Source: a virus (Duplodnaviria > Caudoviricetes). From it: a DNA stretch of 41,277 bases. Location of the stretch: positions 1-41,277 of IMG/VR virus record IMGVR_UViG_3300009095_000005; one strand, 5' to 3'. Made by a program: the position numbers and the translations under genes. Shown here in pieces: positions 1-10,222 of the stretch. Below the pieces are notes generated by a model. That model was not told the DNA's origin. It saw only the letters and a list, made by a program, of their open reading frames with translations, and searched no databases. Position 1 is the first letter of the stretch. The number at the start of each line of letters is the position of its first letter.

Positions 1-63
1 CATGGTAGTGGCGGGGGCCAGCTTTGACGCCTTTGTCAGCAACGGGCTGAACGACCTGTCTGC
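1..63. repeat. 63-bp terminal direct repeat (circular assembly overlap) with 41215-41277
   Basis: catggtagtg...gacctgtctgc is identical at both ends, and an ORF reads through the junction. Confidence 0.97.
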
Positions 64-838
64 ATCGGAAGTAAACGCAGAAGTAGACACGGCGCTTGCC
101 GATTACGACGCACCGACGAAAGCAGAGTTGGATTTAGGACTGGCGGGGCTGAACGACATCAGCACCTCAGACGTAACAAACGCAATCACCGGCGAACTAG
201 GAAGCATAGCAGAAGCGGTATGGGATGAGGCCCTAAGTGGACACACCACAGCAGGCACCACAGGAAAGGCACTGTCGGATACCGAAAGTGCTGCAGGAAG
301 CACCCTGTCAGCAGTCAACGGACTGAACGACCTTTCCAGCGCAGAAGTGACAACCGCCTGCACATCGGCCCTCAACAGCTACGACCCACCTACGAAGGCA
401 GAACTGGACAGTGGTCTTTCCGGAATCACCGCCTCGATTGATCCAGAGGACGTAAAAACGGCTTTAACAGCCCAAGGCTACACAACCACCCGAGCAGCCA
501 AGCTAGACAACCTAGACGCCGCTGTAAGCTCTATAGGGGGCGCTGTAGGAGCTGGAGCAGTCGAATACACCACTGACGAGTTTCAGGACTCTCAGGGGAA
601 TCCTCTGCCCGGTGTGGACGTATGGGTGACAACCGACAAAGCAGGCAACCATGTAGTAGCAGGGGCTCTCCAGACAGACGTAACCGGGAAAGTGACGTTC
701 AATCTGGATGAAGGCGATTACTACCTGTGGGCACAAAAGCCGGGACGCATCTCATCGGTAAGCGCATTGGAATTTTCGGTGGCCGCATGGGGTGGGTGGA
801 CATCAACAGGCGACGACGAGGATTACGGAGACTTTTAA
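1..838 (+). CDS. C-terminal part of an origin-spanning virion protein (~370 aa total, starts at 40940); internal repeats and C-terminal Ig/prealbumin-like domain
   Basis: Repeat GLNDLS..EV.....AL..YD.PTKAELD.GL twice; 'QDSQGNPLPGVDVWV...QTDVTGKVTFNLDEGDYYLWAQKPG' resembles carboxypeptidase-regulatory-like domains. Confidence 0.75.
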   Translation, partial: MVVAGASFDAFVSNGLNDLSASEVNAEVDTALADYDAPTKAELDLGLAGLNDISTSDVTNAITGELGSIAEAVWDEALSGHTTAGTTGKALSDTESAAGSTLSAVNGLNDLSSAEVTTACTSALNSYDPPTKAELDSGLSGITASIDPEDVKTALTAQGYTTTRAAKLDNLDAAVSSIGGAVGAGAVEYTTDEFQDSQGNPLPGVDVWVTTDKAGNHVVAGALQTDVTGKVTFNLDEGDYYLWAQKPGRISSVSALEFSVAAWGGWTSTGDDEDYGDF

Positions 839-839
839 T

Positions 840-2741
840 ATGGCAGAAACCAAACGCATTTCACGCAGGAAGGGAACGACAGTAGCGGCAGCGACAGCAG
901 GCTTTGTCGAGGCAGAGCTGGGCGTGGACATCACGCAGAATAAGGTGCTAGTACACCTAGATGACAAGCTGTATTACCAAGACAAGACCTTCCCCACCAC
1001 CACAGCCCTTATCAGCTTCCTGAACACATTGGGCGGTAGAGTAGCCAGTGGAGAGGTGTTTACCACAGCAGGCAAGACCACAGAGGGCGACGGAGGGGGA
1101 GGTACATTCATCATCGAGGCCACAGGCACAGCTAATGGAGGCACTGTCATTGCGCTGGCTGATGGGCGGTATGCTCGAATGACCAACTGGACCGGGAATG
1201 TGCGGGTCTTTGGGGCCAAGGGCGACGGCGCTACGGATGACACCGCCGCAATACAGGCGGCTATAGACGCTGAGGATTACGTCTACATTCCAGCGGGCAG
1301 GTACAAGATCAGCGCCAAGATAACGCTAAAGAGTTTCGTGGAAGTTGAAGGCGCAGGACATGAGCAGACCCAGCTGTTTTGGGTAGGTGCGGAAGGGGGC
1401 ACCATGATGGGCATGACAGGAGCGCGCATCTACGGAGTAAAGCTTCATCGCTTTGGCCTGGACTGTGACGCTGTTGCTGATGTGGGACTTGATGAGGCGT
1501 GGATGAGCAACTGCACATTTGAGGATGTGTTTGTGCGGAAACCGGGAGAGATTGGCTTCTGGGTTCACAGTGGCCTCTATGATGGCGAGGGTTACACCTA
1601 TGTGGGCGCTCCCTGCTACTACAACCGGCACATTCAATGCCGAGTCTGGGCAGGGCCATCACTGGCTGCTGATGGAACTACAGGGTCTGGGGCTGTCGAG
1701 CTGACAGCTGCGGTATCTGATGGAGAAGTGACAGGGATTACAGTGGATATTGGAGGAACCTCCTACACCCTGGTTGATCCCGCCTACGTCATCATCATAG
1801 GAGACGGAGAGGGGGCCACGGCGGAAATCGCATCCGTTGATGGCGGTGGAACAATCACGGGTATCAACGTTACCTCTCCGGGTTCCGGTTACACTTGGGC
1901 TGTCGCTACAGTAGCCAAACGGGACTACACCAAGCTCTACTGCAAGTATGGCTTCCTGATTGCAGAGAACGGTAACGGACATGTCTTTGATCGCTGCAGC
2001 GCCGCTTGGGCTACCTTTGGGTTTGCCTTCGAGGGAGGCCAAGGGAGCGACATGATAGACCCAGAGGATGACGTAGCTAACCAGAATACCCTCATTGGAT
2101 GTTCCTCCGAAACCTCCTGCGTAGGAATCCTTTACAACGGGGAATACAACACGGTTATTGGTCACCGCATGGAAGGTGGAGCTATTGCCCACCTCTGGGG
2201 TAACAGCTCCCGCGCGCGGTATAATACGATAATCGGAACGACCTACTACACCTCGCCGCTTCTTCGCTATGGGAACGAGCCTTCGAGCAGCATGGGGAAT
2301 CAGGTCTTTGACTACTCAGCCCCAGATCCAAACTTAGGGGATGTGCTGGTAGATAACCTGACGCTCAACACCAGCACTGGCACAAAGAACATCAACCTCC
2401 ACACGGGAGCAAGTGTCGCAGCTATCAGGTTCGGCCTTAGTAACAACTTGCGGATGCTGTTGGCTGATGAGGCAACAGGATGCAATTTCCAAGCTTACTC
2501 GGGGAGCAACTTCAAAAACCTGATGCACCTAATCGCGCACACGGCGTCTACTCCCCCCATCATCAAAGCGGAAACAAATGCGGTCATGCAGGTGCCGCGT
2601 GGGACAACTGCCAATCGTCCTGATGTGTCTTCACTGAGCGGTGGCGACAAGCTCGGCGCGCACTACTTCGACACAACCTTGGGCAAGCCCATCTGGCACA
2701 ACGGCACCAACTGGGTCGATGCAACCGGAACGACTGTCTAA
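840..2741 (+). CDS. Tailspike / receptor-binding protein with pectate-lyase-3-like beta-helix
   Basis: NVRVFGAKGDGATDDTAAIQAAID..VYIPAGRY motif; C-terminal RP..G..YFDTTLGKPIWHNGTNWVDATG; ATG at 840 preferred to track start 792. Confidence 0.8.
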   Translation: MAETKRISRRKGTTVAAATAGFVEAELGVDITQNKVLVHLDDKLYYQDKTFPTTTALISFLNTLGGRVASGEVFTTAGKTTEGDGGGGTFIIEATGTANGGTVIALADGRYARMTNWTGNVRVFGAKGDGATDDTAAIQAAIDAEDYVYIPAGRYKISAKITLKSFVEVEGAGHEQTQLFWVGAEGGTMMGMTGARIYGVKLHRFGLDCDAVADVGLDEAWMSNCTFEDVFVRKPGEIGFWVHSGLYDGEGYTYVGAPCYYNRHIQCRVWAGPSLAADGTTGSGAVELTAAVSDGEVTGITVDIGGTSYTLVDPAYVIIIGDGEGATAEIASVDGGGTITGINVTSPGSGYTWAVATVAKRDYTKLYCKYGFLIAENGNGHVFDRCSAAWATFGFAFEGGQGSDMIDPEDDVANQNTLIGCSSETSCVGILYNGEYNTVIGHRMEGGAIAHLWGNSSRARYNTIIGTTYYTSPLLRYGNEPSSSMGNQVFDYSAPDPNLGDVLVDNLTLNTSTGTKNINLHTGASVAAIRFGLSNNLRMLLADEATGCNFQAYSGSNFKNLMHLIAHTASTPPIIKAETNAVMQVPRGTTANRPDVSSLSGGDKLGAHYFDTTLGKPIWHNGTNWVDATGTTV

Positions 2742-2744
2742 GCC

Positions 2745-2870
2745 ATGCTCAATCACTTAAAAACCTTCCTCTGGCCCAAAGACACCTTCAGCCGAGCAAT
2801 CGTGTTGATCGCCTACGCTATAGGTGCGGCGATTGTAGCAAGAGGCGTTTATGACCTGCTGACCATGTAA
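2745..2870 (+). CDS. 41-aa single-pass membrane peptide (below ORF-track cutoff)
   Basis: MLNHLKTFLWPKDTFSRAIVLIAYAIGAAIVARGVYDLLTM; fills the gap between two genes. Confidence 0.5.
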   Translation: MLNHLKTFLWPKDTFSRAIVLIAYAIGAAIVARGVYDLLTM

Positions 2871-2875
2871 CCTTT

Positions 2876-3490
2876 ATGCCATACGTACTACCACCAGCAG
2901 CATCACCAGACGCCTACGCCACAGTAACGTATGAGGACGTAGAAAAGGCGTTTGCGGCAAACATAGGGGTGGAATACACCCGACTGTTCTCAGCCGACCA
3001 AGAGCTGTTTAAGCAGTATGTAAAGCGCCACCTACGCCGGATATGGCGCTTCACCCACTGGCCTGAAGTCTTCGAGATACTAGCCAAGCCAGTCTCCGAC
3101 GATGGGGAGATAAGCGCCCTCTCTGACGTAGGCGACATTATGGGCATCTTCGACAGCGATCCCTGGTCCTCTGAAGCGCCCGTATCCTACCAGTACGACA
3201 TGGCCCCCGACTCCATACGGGTAATGGGGAACAGCGTGGCGAGTCCTGTATATTTACTCTCAAGAAAGAGGGTTCCCGACTTTGACACAGCAACCGACGA
3301 AGTATCTGCCCGGTTCTACAACTACCTTTCACTGGCCGCAGCCGCAGACTGGCTCATCCACGACGAGCAATTTGACAGGGGCAGGCAACTGAAGGCAGAG
3401 GCAGAAGAAGCGTTACTGGAGGAAGCCGAAGAACTGGAACGGCAGGAACAACAGACAAAAACCACCCGCATAAGGCTGTATTACCAATGA
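2876..3490 (+). CDS. Putative head-tail adaptor (tail tubular protein A-like)
   Basis: About 200 aa, W..WP motif, helical C-terminus, position upstream of the nozzle gene. Confidence 0.55.
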   Translation: MPYVLPPAASPDAYATVTYEDVEKAFAANIGVEYTRLFSADQELFKQYVKRHLRRIWRFTHWPEVFEILAKPVSDDGEISALSDVGDIMGIFDSDPWSSEAPVSYQYDMAPDSIRVMGNSVASPVYLLSRKRVPDFDTATDEVSARFYNYLSLAAAADWLIHDEQFDRGRQLKAEAEEALLEEAEELERQEQQTKTTRIRLYYQ

Positions 3491-3825
3491 GTGACCGCAC
3501 GATAGTAAGAAATTTCGAGAACGAGCTACTGCCAATCGTAGACTCCGCAGGGGCCGTAGTATCTGGAACAGAGGATACGGTAACAGCAGGGTCTACCGCC
3601 GCCGACCTCATCACGGACCTTCACGAAGAATGCCGGTATGTCTGGATCAGTGTTACCGTAAACAATGCCATCTTTAGACTAGGAGACGTTGCCAGCGCCA
3701 CAGAAGGAATGTTATGGACGGCAGGCACCAACCATGTCGTTCACCGCAGGGTAGCAGAGCAGTTGAGCGTTATTCGCTCAGGATCATCAGACGCCACAAT
3801 CTATGTGATGCAACTGACCCTCTAA
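3487..3825 (+). CDS. Small beta-rich virion protein
   Basis: ATGA-coupled to the adaptor; beta-strand-like sequence. Confidence 0.5.
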   Translation: MSDRTIVRNFENELLPIVDSAGAVVSGTEDTVTAGSTAADLITDLHEECRYVWISVTVNNAIFRLGDVASATEGMLWTAGTNHVVHRRVAEQLSVIRSGSSDATIYVMQLTL

Positions 3826-3829
3826 CCCA

Positions 3830-4177
3830 ATGACACAGGATGAAGGCAGCAAACTACGCCGTGGGGATAAAGTCTTCTACAACGACGGCAAGAGAAGCCT
3901 TCCCCTGTGTATGATGGTTGCCCAATCCCTGACAGACCAAGACGCCACTGCCACTGCTGACTACATACTGGTAAAGGAAAGACAAGGCACCCCGGTCTTC
4001 GACGTTCCCATAAGGTGTATTCACACCACAAGGGAAGAAGCATTATGGCAGATCACAAAGGAATCAGAGGAGCGGGCGCACGTAGCAAAGACGGAACTGA
4101 AACTGATGAGCGAACGAGCACACCAAGCCCGCAATGAGCTATTCGTAGAGCGTGCCAGAAAGGAGCTAGGCAAGTGA
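3830..4177 (+). CDS. Hypothetical protein, apparent paralog of 17093-17344
   Basis: MTQDEGSKLRRGDKVFY...IHTTREEAL versus MTSEEAKQLKPGDVVW...YHSEREAL. Confidence 0.6.
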   Translation: MTQDEGSKLRRGDKVFYNDGKRSLPLCMMVAQSLTDQDATATADYILVKERQGTPVFDVPIRCIHTTREEALWQITKESEERAHVAKTELKLMSERAHQARNELFVERARKELGK

Positions 4178-4178
4178 G

Positions 4179-4658
4179 ATGTTCGGCCTATTCGCTACCC
4201 TACTCTCCACCTTGGGCGCTACCGGCATGGGAAGCATCCTCAAGATCGTTGCCGGCATCATCGACTCAAGGGCTGCTGCCAACGAAGCAAGGGAGAAACG
4301 GGAGATGCTACGGGAAGCGCAATCCCGAGAGCTGGACATCCAATGGGCTGCTACGGTCTTTGGTGCGGATACTGAAAGCCAGCACTACGGCAGGGCTACT
4401 CGGCGCATTATCGCTATCATCGGGGTGTGTATCTTCGGCGCCATCGCAATCCCCTGCGCCTTCTTCCCATACGCAGAGATCATCACATTCAAGCTCCCCG
4501 AGCACACCCAACCACTACGACTACTTTGGGGCCTCATCACTTTTCCAAGCGGGAGCGATCCCACAGTCAGGATCACTTCTGGACACCTTGCCATTATGGC
4601 GCTCACCCAACTTGGACTGATATTCGGCTTCTACTTCACACCGGGCGGAAGGAAATGA
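4179..4658 (+). CDS. Membrane protein, holin-like
   Basis: N-terminal amphipathic/hydrophobic stretch, charged linker, two TM segments, C-terminal GFYF plus basic tail. Confidence 0.55.
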   Translation: MFGLFATLLSTLGATGMGSILKIVAGIIDSRAAANEAREKREMLREAQSRELDIQWAATVFGADTESQHYGRATRRIIAIIGVCIFGAIAIPCAFFPYAEIITFKLPEHTQPLRLLWGLITFPSGSDPTVRITSGHLAIMALTQLGLIFGFYFTPGGRK

Positions 4659-4849
4659 ACACAGACTCAATGAAAGCACTCATCGGATACTGCGCTTCCC
4701 TGACCTTTGGCGGGGTATCTCTACTCTCAGCCATACACTACGCCACCGGCCTTGTGGGTCTAATGGGTGCAATAATGGGCACGATAGGGGCCTACTACAC
4801 TTTCCGCATACAGCGCAGGCGATGGCTACACCCACAGAAAGGCAACTGA
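4655..4849 (+). CDS. 64-aa two-TM membrane protein, holin/antiholin-like
   Basis: MNTDSMKALIGYCASLTFGG...GAYYTFRIQRRRW; ATGA overlap with the previous gene. Confidence 0.55.
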   Translation: MNTDSMKALIGYCASLTFGGVSLLSAIHYATGLVGLMGAIMGTIGAYYTFRIQRRRWLHPQKGN

Positions 4850-6553
4850 ATGCCAGCGCCTTTGATAGATGGCGACCGGGGCTTTGTGGGGGTGGACCTG
4901 AGAACCGACCCTTCACTGCTAGGACCGACGATAGCGGCAGAGGCGAAGAACAAAGTATTCGTCAAGGGCATCGCAGAGACCCGTAAAGGGGTCTATACGG
5001 CCACCTGGGCCAACCAGGTAGGCGTGACCTTCCCCATTACCTTCCCTGCCGTTTTCGACGCGCCTACAGGCTGGAGGAACGTTTATCACACAATCTGGTT
5101 CCGCGACCCCAACCGCAGAAACTACATCCTGATAGCCTCCGACAAGGGAGTGTACCGAGTAAGCCCATCAGGGCAGATACGGATACGCACGCCAGAGGCC
5201 ATAGACGAAGCCTGCTACATGGTGCAGGTATTCGATGTGGTGCTCCTGTTCAGGGGCACACTCAAACAGCCGTGGAAGTGGGACGGCGATCCAGAGAACG
5301 ACTTTGAGCCGATAACGGAAATCGACAACAGCGATGCGAAATACTCTGCCAGCGGCACACTCCCGATACCCAACGCAACCCGCGCCATCGAGTATCAAAA
5401 CCGCCTCTGGGTACCAAGGGAAGACGAACTGCACGTCTCAGACATCTTCGATTACAGTCGTTACGATCCTATATACAGCCAGTTCTACATAGGGGAAGGG
5501 ACGGCAGACGACATCGTAGCCCTCTCCCCCTACGGCGACCGTAGCATGGTGATCTTCAAGGGCAGCAGCATTCACCTGCTCAGCAACCTCTATGGCGACT
5601 ACGCCACCAATGCCAGACTGGACGAAATCACAAGAGAACGCGGATGCGCCTCGCCGGACACCGTAGTCAACACCGGAGAAGACCTCTGGTTTCTCAGCTA
5701 CGATGGCGTCTATACCATACGGCAGGTCCTGGAGAACAAGCTGACTGGAAGCTCACAGCCAGTCTCAGAGGCCATACAGCCCTACATCGACCGCATCAAC
5801 TGGAGCCTCAAGGAGAGGTTCAAGGCCACCTACCACGACAACAAGTATTTCCTGAGCGTAGCCCTCGATGGCAGCAGCGTATGTGACACCCTGCTCGTCT
5901 ATGACTTCCTCAACCACAAGTGGGCAGGATACTGGACAAGCGGCTTCTTCGACATCGGCTATCTCGTAAGGTATCCAGTATCCGGCAAAACCCGCCTATT
6001 CGCTATAAACGCTACAGGCGTCAGCGACAAAGAAGGTGCGCTGATGATGCTGGACGAAGGATTCAGCGACGAAGTGCTGGGAGAGGAAGCGCAGATCAGC
6101 GACCTACTGCTGACACGGGGATACACCTACGGCGAAGCAGGCCACAAACGCTTCAAGAGAGCAGAGGTGCAGATAAGCACCTGGAACCCCACCTTCAGCA
6201 TCGAAGCCATCAGGGATGGGGTGAACGAGTCTGATACACTTGTCAGCAACGAGACAAAGGACAGGACGAAGTATTACCTAGCCAACCGGGATGATTACGA
6301 CACGACGAACACCAATGACGATCATGGTCAACCCTACAGGGAGGATTATTCAGTCCCACTCACCGGCAATCTATTTCTCGGTGACAACGGAATCAACTTC
6401 GACGCCCACCAAACCGCGACAGAACCATACGTCCTACGAGGAAGCGGAGAGTATCTTCAACTACGGATCACCAATACCCAAGGACGATGCTCAGTGAGAA
6501 AGACCACCCTCAGGGCCATGTCCATTGAGCAGCAGGTAAGGAGAAAAGTATGA
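4850..6553 (+). CDS. Tail nozzle / packaged-DNA stabilisation protein (P22 gp10 / T7 gp12-like beta-propeller)
   Basis: 567 aa; GF.G.D N-terminus; RGCASPDTVVNTGEDLWFLSYDGVY; LVYDFLNHKW; KRFKR motif. Confidence 0.75.
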   Translation: MPAPLIDGDRGFVGVDLRTDPSLLGPTIAAEAKNKVFVKGIAETRKGVYTATWANQVGVTFPITFPAVFDAPTGWRNVYHTIWFRDPNRRNYILIASDKGVYRVSPSGQIRIRTPEAIDEACYMVQVFDVVLLFRGTLKQPWKWDGDPENDFEPITEIDNSDAKYSASGTLPIPNATRAIEYQNRLWVPREDELHVSDIFDYSRYDPIYSQFYIGEGTADDIVALSPYGDRSMVIFKGSSIHLLSNLYGDYATNARLDEITRERGCASPDTVVNTGEDLWFLSYDGVYTIRQVLENKLTGSSQPVSEAIQPYIDRINWSLKERFKATYHDNKYFLSVALDGSSVCDTLLVYDFLNHKWAGYWTSGFFDIGYLVRYPVSGKTRLFAINATGVSDKEGALMMLDEGFSDEVLGEEAQISDLLLTRGYTYGEAGHKRFKRAEVQISTWNPTFSIEAIRDGVNESDTLVSNETKDRTKYYLANRDDYDTTNTNDDHGQPYREDYSVPLTGNLFLGDNGINFDAHQTATEPYVLRGSGEYLQLRITNTQGRCSVRKTTLRAMSIEQQVRRKV

Positions 6554-7125
6554 GCCGATTTCAAGTAGACAGCAGCAACGAACTGCCAAACCCCGCATCC
6601 ATCGAGGACTTCAACGCATGGGCCGAAAGCCTGAAGCCTACGGCAGATGTCGTGGACAGCGGGACGCTGGAAGTCAGCAGCGACAAGATACGGTGCAAGA
6701 CCGTCGTTCCGCGCTGGGTTACGGTGGAACTGGACTACGAAGACTTCAGTAAGGCGGCGCTGACCTCAGATGACGTAGAAGTGATCCAGTTGCCCGCAGG
6801 AGGCATCATTCACATGGTTTTGGTAGATGTGCCTACGGCCTTCACGAAAGCCGCTGAGGCAGCCTTTACGAGCACCCTTGTGCTCAATGTGGGAACAACC
6901 GCAGGAACCCCCACCGAGCTTATCAGTGGAGCCGACCTAAAGACCGCCACAACCACAGCCCCGGCAGAAGAATACTATTTAGCCAGCGGAAGCGCCAACG
7001 GACTACTCACCCGCAACGCACCCACCACCGTTATCTGTAACGCCGTAAGCGGAGCGACGGACAACTTGGACAAAGCAGAAGCGGGAGCAGTAAAGATTCA
7101 CCTCTACTACAGCGTTGTATCATGA
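6550..7125 (+). CDS. Virion jelly-roll/decoration-like protein
   Basis: LPAGGII..V.VDVPTAF...LNVG...G.VKIHLYY; resembles 39036-39503. Confidence 0.55.
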   Translation: MSRFQVDSSNELPNPASIEDFNAWAESLKPTADVVDSGTLEVSSDKIRCKTVVPRWVTVELDYEDFSKAALTSDDVEVIQLPAGGIIHMVLVDVPTAFTKAAEAAFTSTLVLNVGTTAGTPTELISGADLKTATTTAPAEEYYLASGSANGLLTRNAPTTVICNAVSGATDNLDKAEAGAVKIHLYYSVVS

Positions 7126-7706
7126 GCGGAGAAATAAGCATCAACCCCGGCAAAACCTTCGCAGCAGACGAAGTAGTCACCCTTTCCAAACTCAACCAGC
7201 TAGGCCGCCCGACAGCCCGAGTAGAGACCGGAGCTATTGGGACGCGGGAGCTGGCGGATGGTGGAGTGACGGTGGACAAGCTGGCAGATGGAGTAGCAAA
7301 CCAACTGGCGGCCAGTCTCACTCTGGGCAACAACGCCATCACCACGAACATGCTGGCTAACGAGGCGGTGACGCTGGATAAGATGGCCGATTGGGACGGT
7401 ATCACCAGCATAAGCTCATCGACCTTGGACATAGCCGATGGGCTAGTATTTAACTACAACTCAGCCGACCCTATTTTCATTTCAACGATCAACAATAAGG
7501 CTCACGCCGTTGGAAAGATCGTAACCATTCACTGCGCGGGAGCGGGCTATCTCGTTCTGGACGGAACCCTATTCCCTGATGGTGTTCTGCGAGAGGTCGA
7601 CACGAACGACATCATCCTGATAACCCCCCTCTACCCTACGGGACCATATTGGGCAGTAGTGAGGAAATGGGATAATTCAATGAATGACTTCATAGAAACT
7701 GACTAG
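7122..7706 (+). CDS. Short tail fibre-like protein
   Basis: VTLSKLNQLG N-terminus; repeats IGTRELADGG / VTVDKLADGV / ITTNMLANEA / VTLDKMAD. Confidence 0.6.
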   Translation: MSGEISINPGKTFAADEVVTLSKLNQLGRPTARVETGAIGTRELADGGVTVDKLADGVANQLAASLTLGNNAITTNMLANEAVTLDKMADWDGITSISSSTLDIADGLVFNYNSADPIFISTINNKAHAVGKIVTIHCAGAGYLVLDGTLFPDGVLREVDTNDIILITPLYPTGPYWAVVRKWDNSMNDFIETD

Positions 7707-7724
7707 CGCAGGAGCCTTTGTGTA

Positions 7725-8249
7725 ATGACTGACGCACCCGTAGCATTCCCTGCAATGGACCTGCTGGCGCAAATGAAGCCCGGCGACTCCATTGACATGC
7801 CCCACATCTCACAGGAGGAGATTGAGGAAATCGAATGCCTGATGCTGGAGCACACCACGCTAGGAGAGCAGGTTGTAGAGCCAGCGACGCCCACGCAGAA
7901 CCACTTTGCGCCCGGTATGTATGTTCGGGAGATGTTCATTCCCGCAGGCTCAATGTTGGTAGGTAAGGCGCACGTTCACGAACACCTGAACATCCTCCTA
8001 AGCGGGAGCATGTACGTCCGCATGGAAGACAAGCTACACTACTTCAAGGCCCCCTGCATCTTCAAGAGCGGGGTGGGAACGAAGAAAATAGGCTATCACC
8101 CCGAAGACACCCGATTTGCAACGGTGCATGTCAATGAGGACGACGAAACAGACATAACAATTTTAGAGGCCCGCTACGCCCTATCCTCAGAGAAGGTGGA
8201 AGCGTGTCGCAAGAGGCTAATGGAACGGCGCACACAGGAGGTAGAATGA
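7725..8249 (+). CDS. Cupin-fold protein
   Basis: HFAPGMYVREMFIPAGSMLVGKAHVHEHLNILLSG; start codon uncertain. Confidence 0.7.
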   Translation: MTDAPVAFPAMDLLAQMKPGDSIDMPHISQEEIEEIECLMLEHTTLGEQVVEPATPTQNHFAPGMYVREMFIPAGSMLVGKAHVHEHLNILLSGSMYVRMEDKLHYFKAPCIFKSGVGTKKIGYHPEDTRFATVHVNEDDETDITILEARYALSSEKVEACRKRLMERRTQEVE

Positions 8250-10222
8250 CTTGGTGGAATGCAGCAATGATCGCTGTGCAGGTAGGAGGCACACTCTTAC
8301 AGCGCGACGATAACAAGGATGCCGCTAGAGACGCTACCCCGGATGCTACCCGAGTCATAAACGACACCATCGCCGGGTATAACAACACCCGCCAAGGACG
8401 CGGTGGAGCAGCGCAGAACGACGCATTGGCTCTTATGGGGCTGCAAGACCTTGCGTTGACGGGAGGGCAGGCGCAAAACAAGGCGATGGCCGATCTAGAT
8501 GCGTGGTATCAGGCAGACCTGAGAACGCAGCGACAGCAGGCGACCAAGAACGGCAAGCTGGACCCGAACTTTCAGCCCATCGACAAAGCAACGTGGCTAC
8601 AGCAGAAGGCTCAGGATCACCCGGAAAACCCGGTGATTCAGGAATACATGCGCTCCACCTCTGCCATAGGGCAGCTAGAGGGCATAGCGCCACAGATTGA
8701 CGCAATCAATGCAGGGAGTAACCGCGCCCTACGCGAAGCAGACCTAGCAGACGCAGAAGCCAACGCAGGACGCTTTGGAGCGATAGACAGAGCTGCCAAC
8801 CCTGAACTGTATGGGCAGTTGGACAACCTACAACGCCCTGATGCAACGGCACAGAATTGGGCAGACCAGCAGATGCGCGGCAGCCTCGAAGGAGGTCCCG
8901 CACAGCTCAACCAAGACATTGCCAGCCTTGGAACGCCCAGCGCAATGGGGGCGCAGGCACAGAACCTTGCCATGCAAGGCGGGCAACTGGCAAACGCCCC
9001 AAGAGCGCAGTTTGACACCAAGGCCATAGGCGCACCCAGCTATGACTTCATCCAAGCCGATACACTGGCAAGACGACAGCCACAGCGGGCAGCGGATCAG
9101 GCATCGAACTTCCAAGGGACCATCGACCAGCTTGGGCAAGCCCGCAACGCCAGAGCACAAACCAGCCAGAGCAACCTACTACGCCAAGCCGAACAAAGCG
9201 CAGGGGCGCGACTGGCGAGTGGTGGAGCACTAGGAGCAGACGAGACCCGCAACATCCAGCAGGACGTTCGCGGAGCCTTTGCCGACCGGGGCATGGGGCG
9301 CAGCAACGCCAGCATCTTCTCTGAAGCGATGAACCTTGAAGGCGCACGCAGGCAGAGGCAGCTAGAGAACGAGAGCCAAGCCACGCAGATAGCGCAAGCG
9401 GGGGCTAGTGAGCGCATGGCGAACGCCGACCGTGGCACCAACGTAAGTCTGAGTAATGCCGACAGAGACATCTCCCGCCTTGGACTGCAAGGCAGCCTGA
9501 TAGGAGCGCAGGCCAACACAGCCTTATCACAGGCGCAGCAGAACGAACAGTTCCGCCAAGGGCAGATACAGAACCTCATGGGCATGGATCAGGCCCAGCG
9601 GGACCGGATGCTACAGCAATACAGCGCCGAGATGGGACTGTACGACCGCAACACAGACCTGAACTTCCGCATGGCCGACCAAGCCAACCAGGAACAACAG
9701 CGGCAGATCGGGAACCTTGCAAACCTAGACCAGCAGCAGCTACAGCGAGGTCTTGCCTCGCTAGGGATGGAGCAGAGTCAGTTTGGACTGAACCAAGGGG
9801 CGCTTCAGAACTACCAGCAGCAGCTTGCCCAACAGCAGGCGCAGGCAGTCTCCAGAGGACAGCTCAACTTTTCCAATGACCTCGCTCAACTAGGGGCATG
9901 GCAGAACATGAGGTAAGACCCGTGGGGCAGTCTCACAGCGCGACAGTCGCCAAACCAGAACCTCAACAGCCAGGCACTAGGAATGGCGCAACAAACGGCT
10001 ACGCCTAACTACATGGGCTTTGGCGATGTGAGCAGCCTGAATAACGCCCTGACCGCACAGCAAGCGCAGGTAATGATGGGATTGGCGGGGGCCAACAACG
10101 CAGCCACAGGAGGCGCACTGGGAGGCATAGGCGGCATCCTCGGAGGACTGGGTGGTGGTGGCGGCGGTGGCGGTGGAGGTATCTTCGACAAGATAGGTGG
10201 ATTCTTAGGAGGTATATTCTAA
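8246..10222 (+). CDS. Internal virion (ejection) protein interrupted by an in-frame TAA at 9914-9916
   Basis: Q/A/G-rich sequence; RBS ggagg before ATG 8246; frame stays open after the TAA and includes ORF 9983-10222 (Gly-rich C-terminus). Confidence 0.7.
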
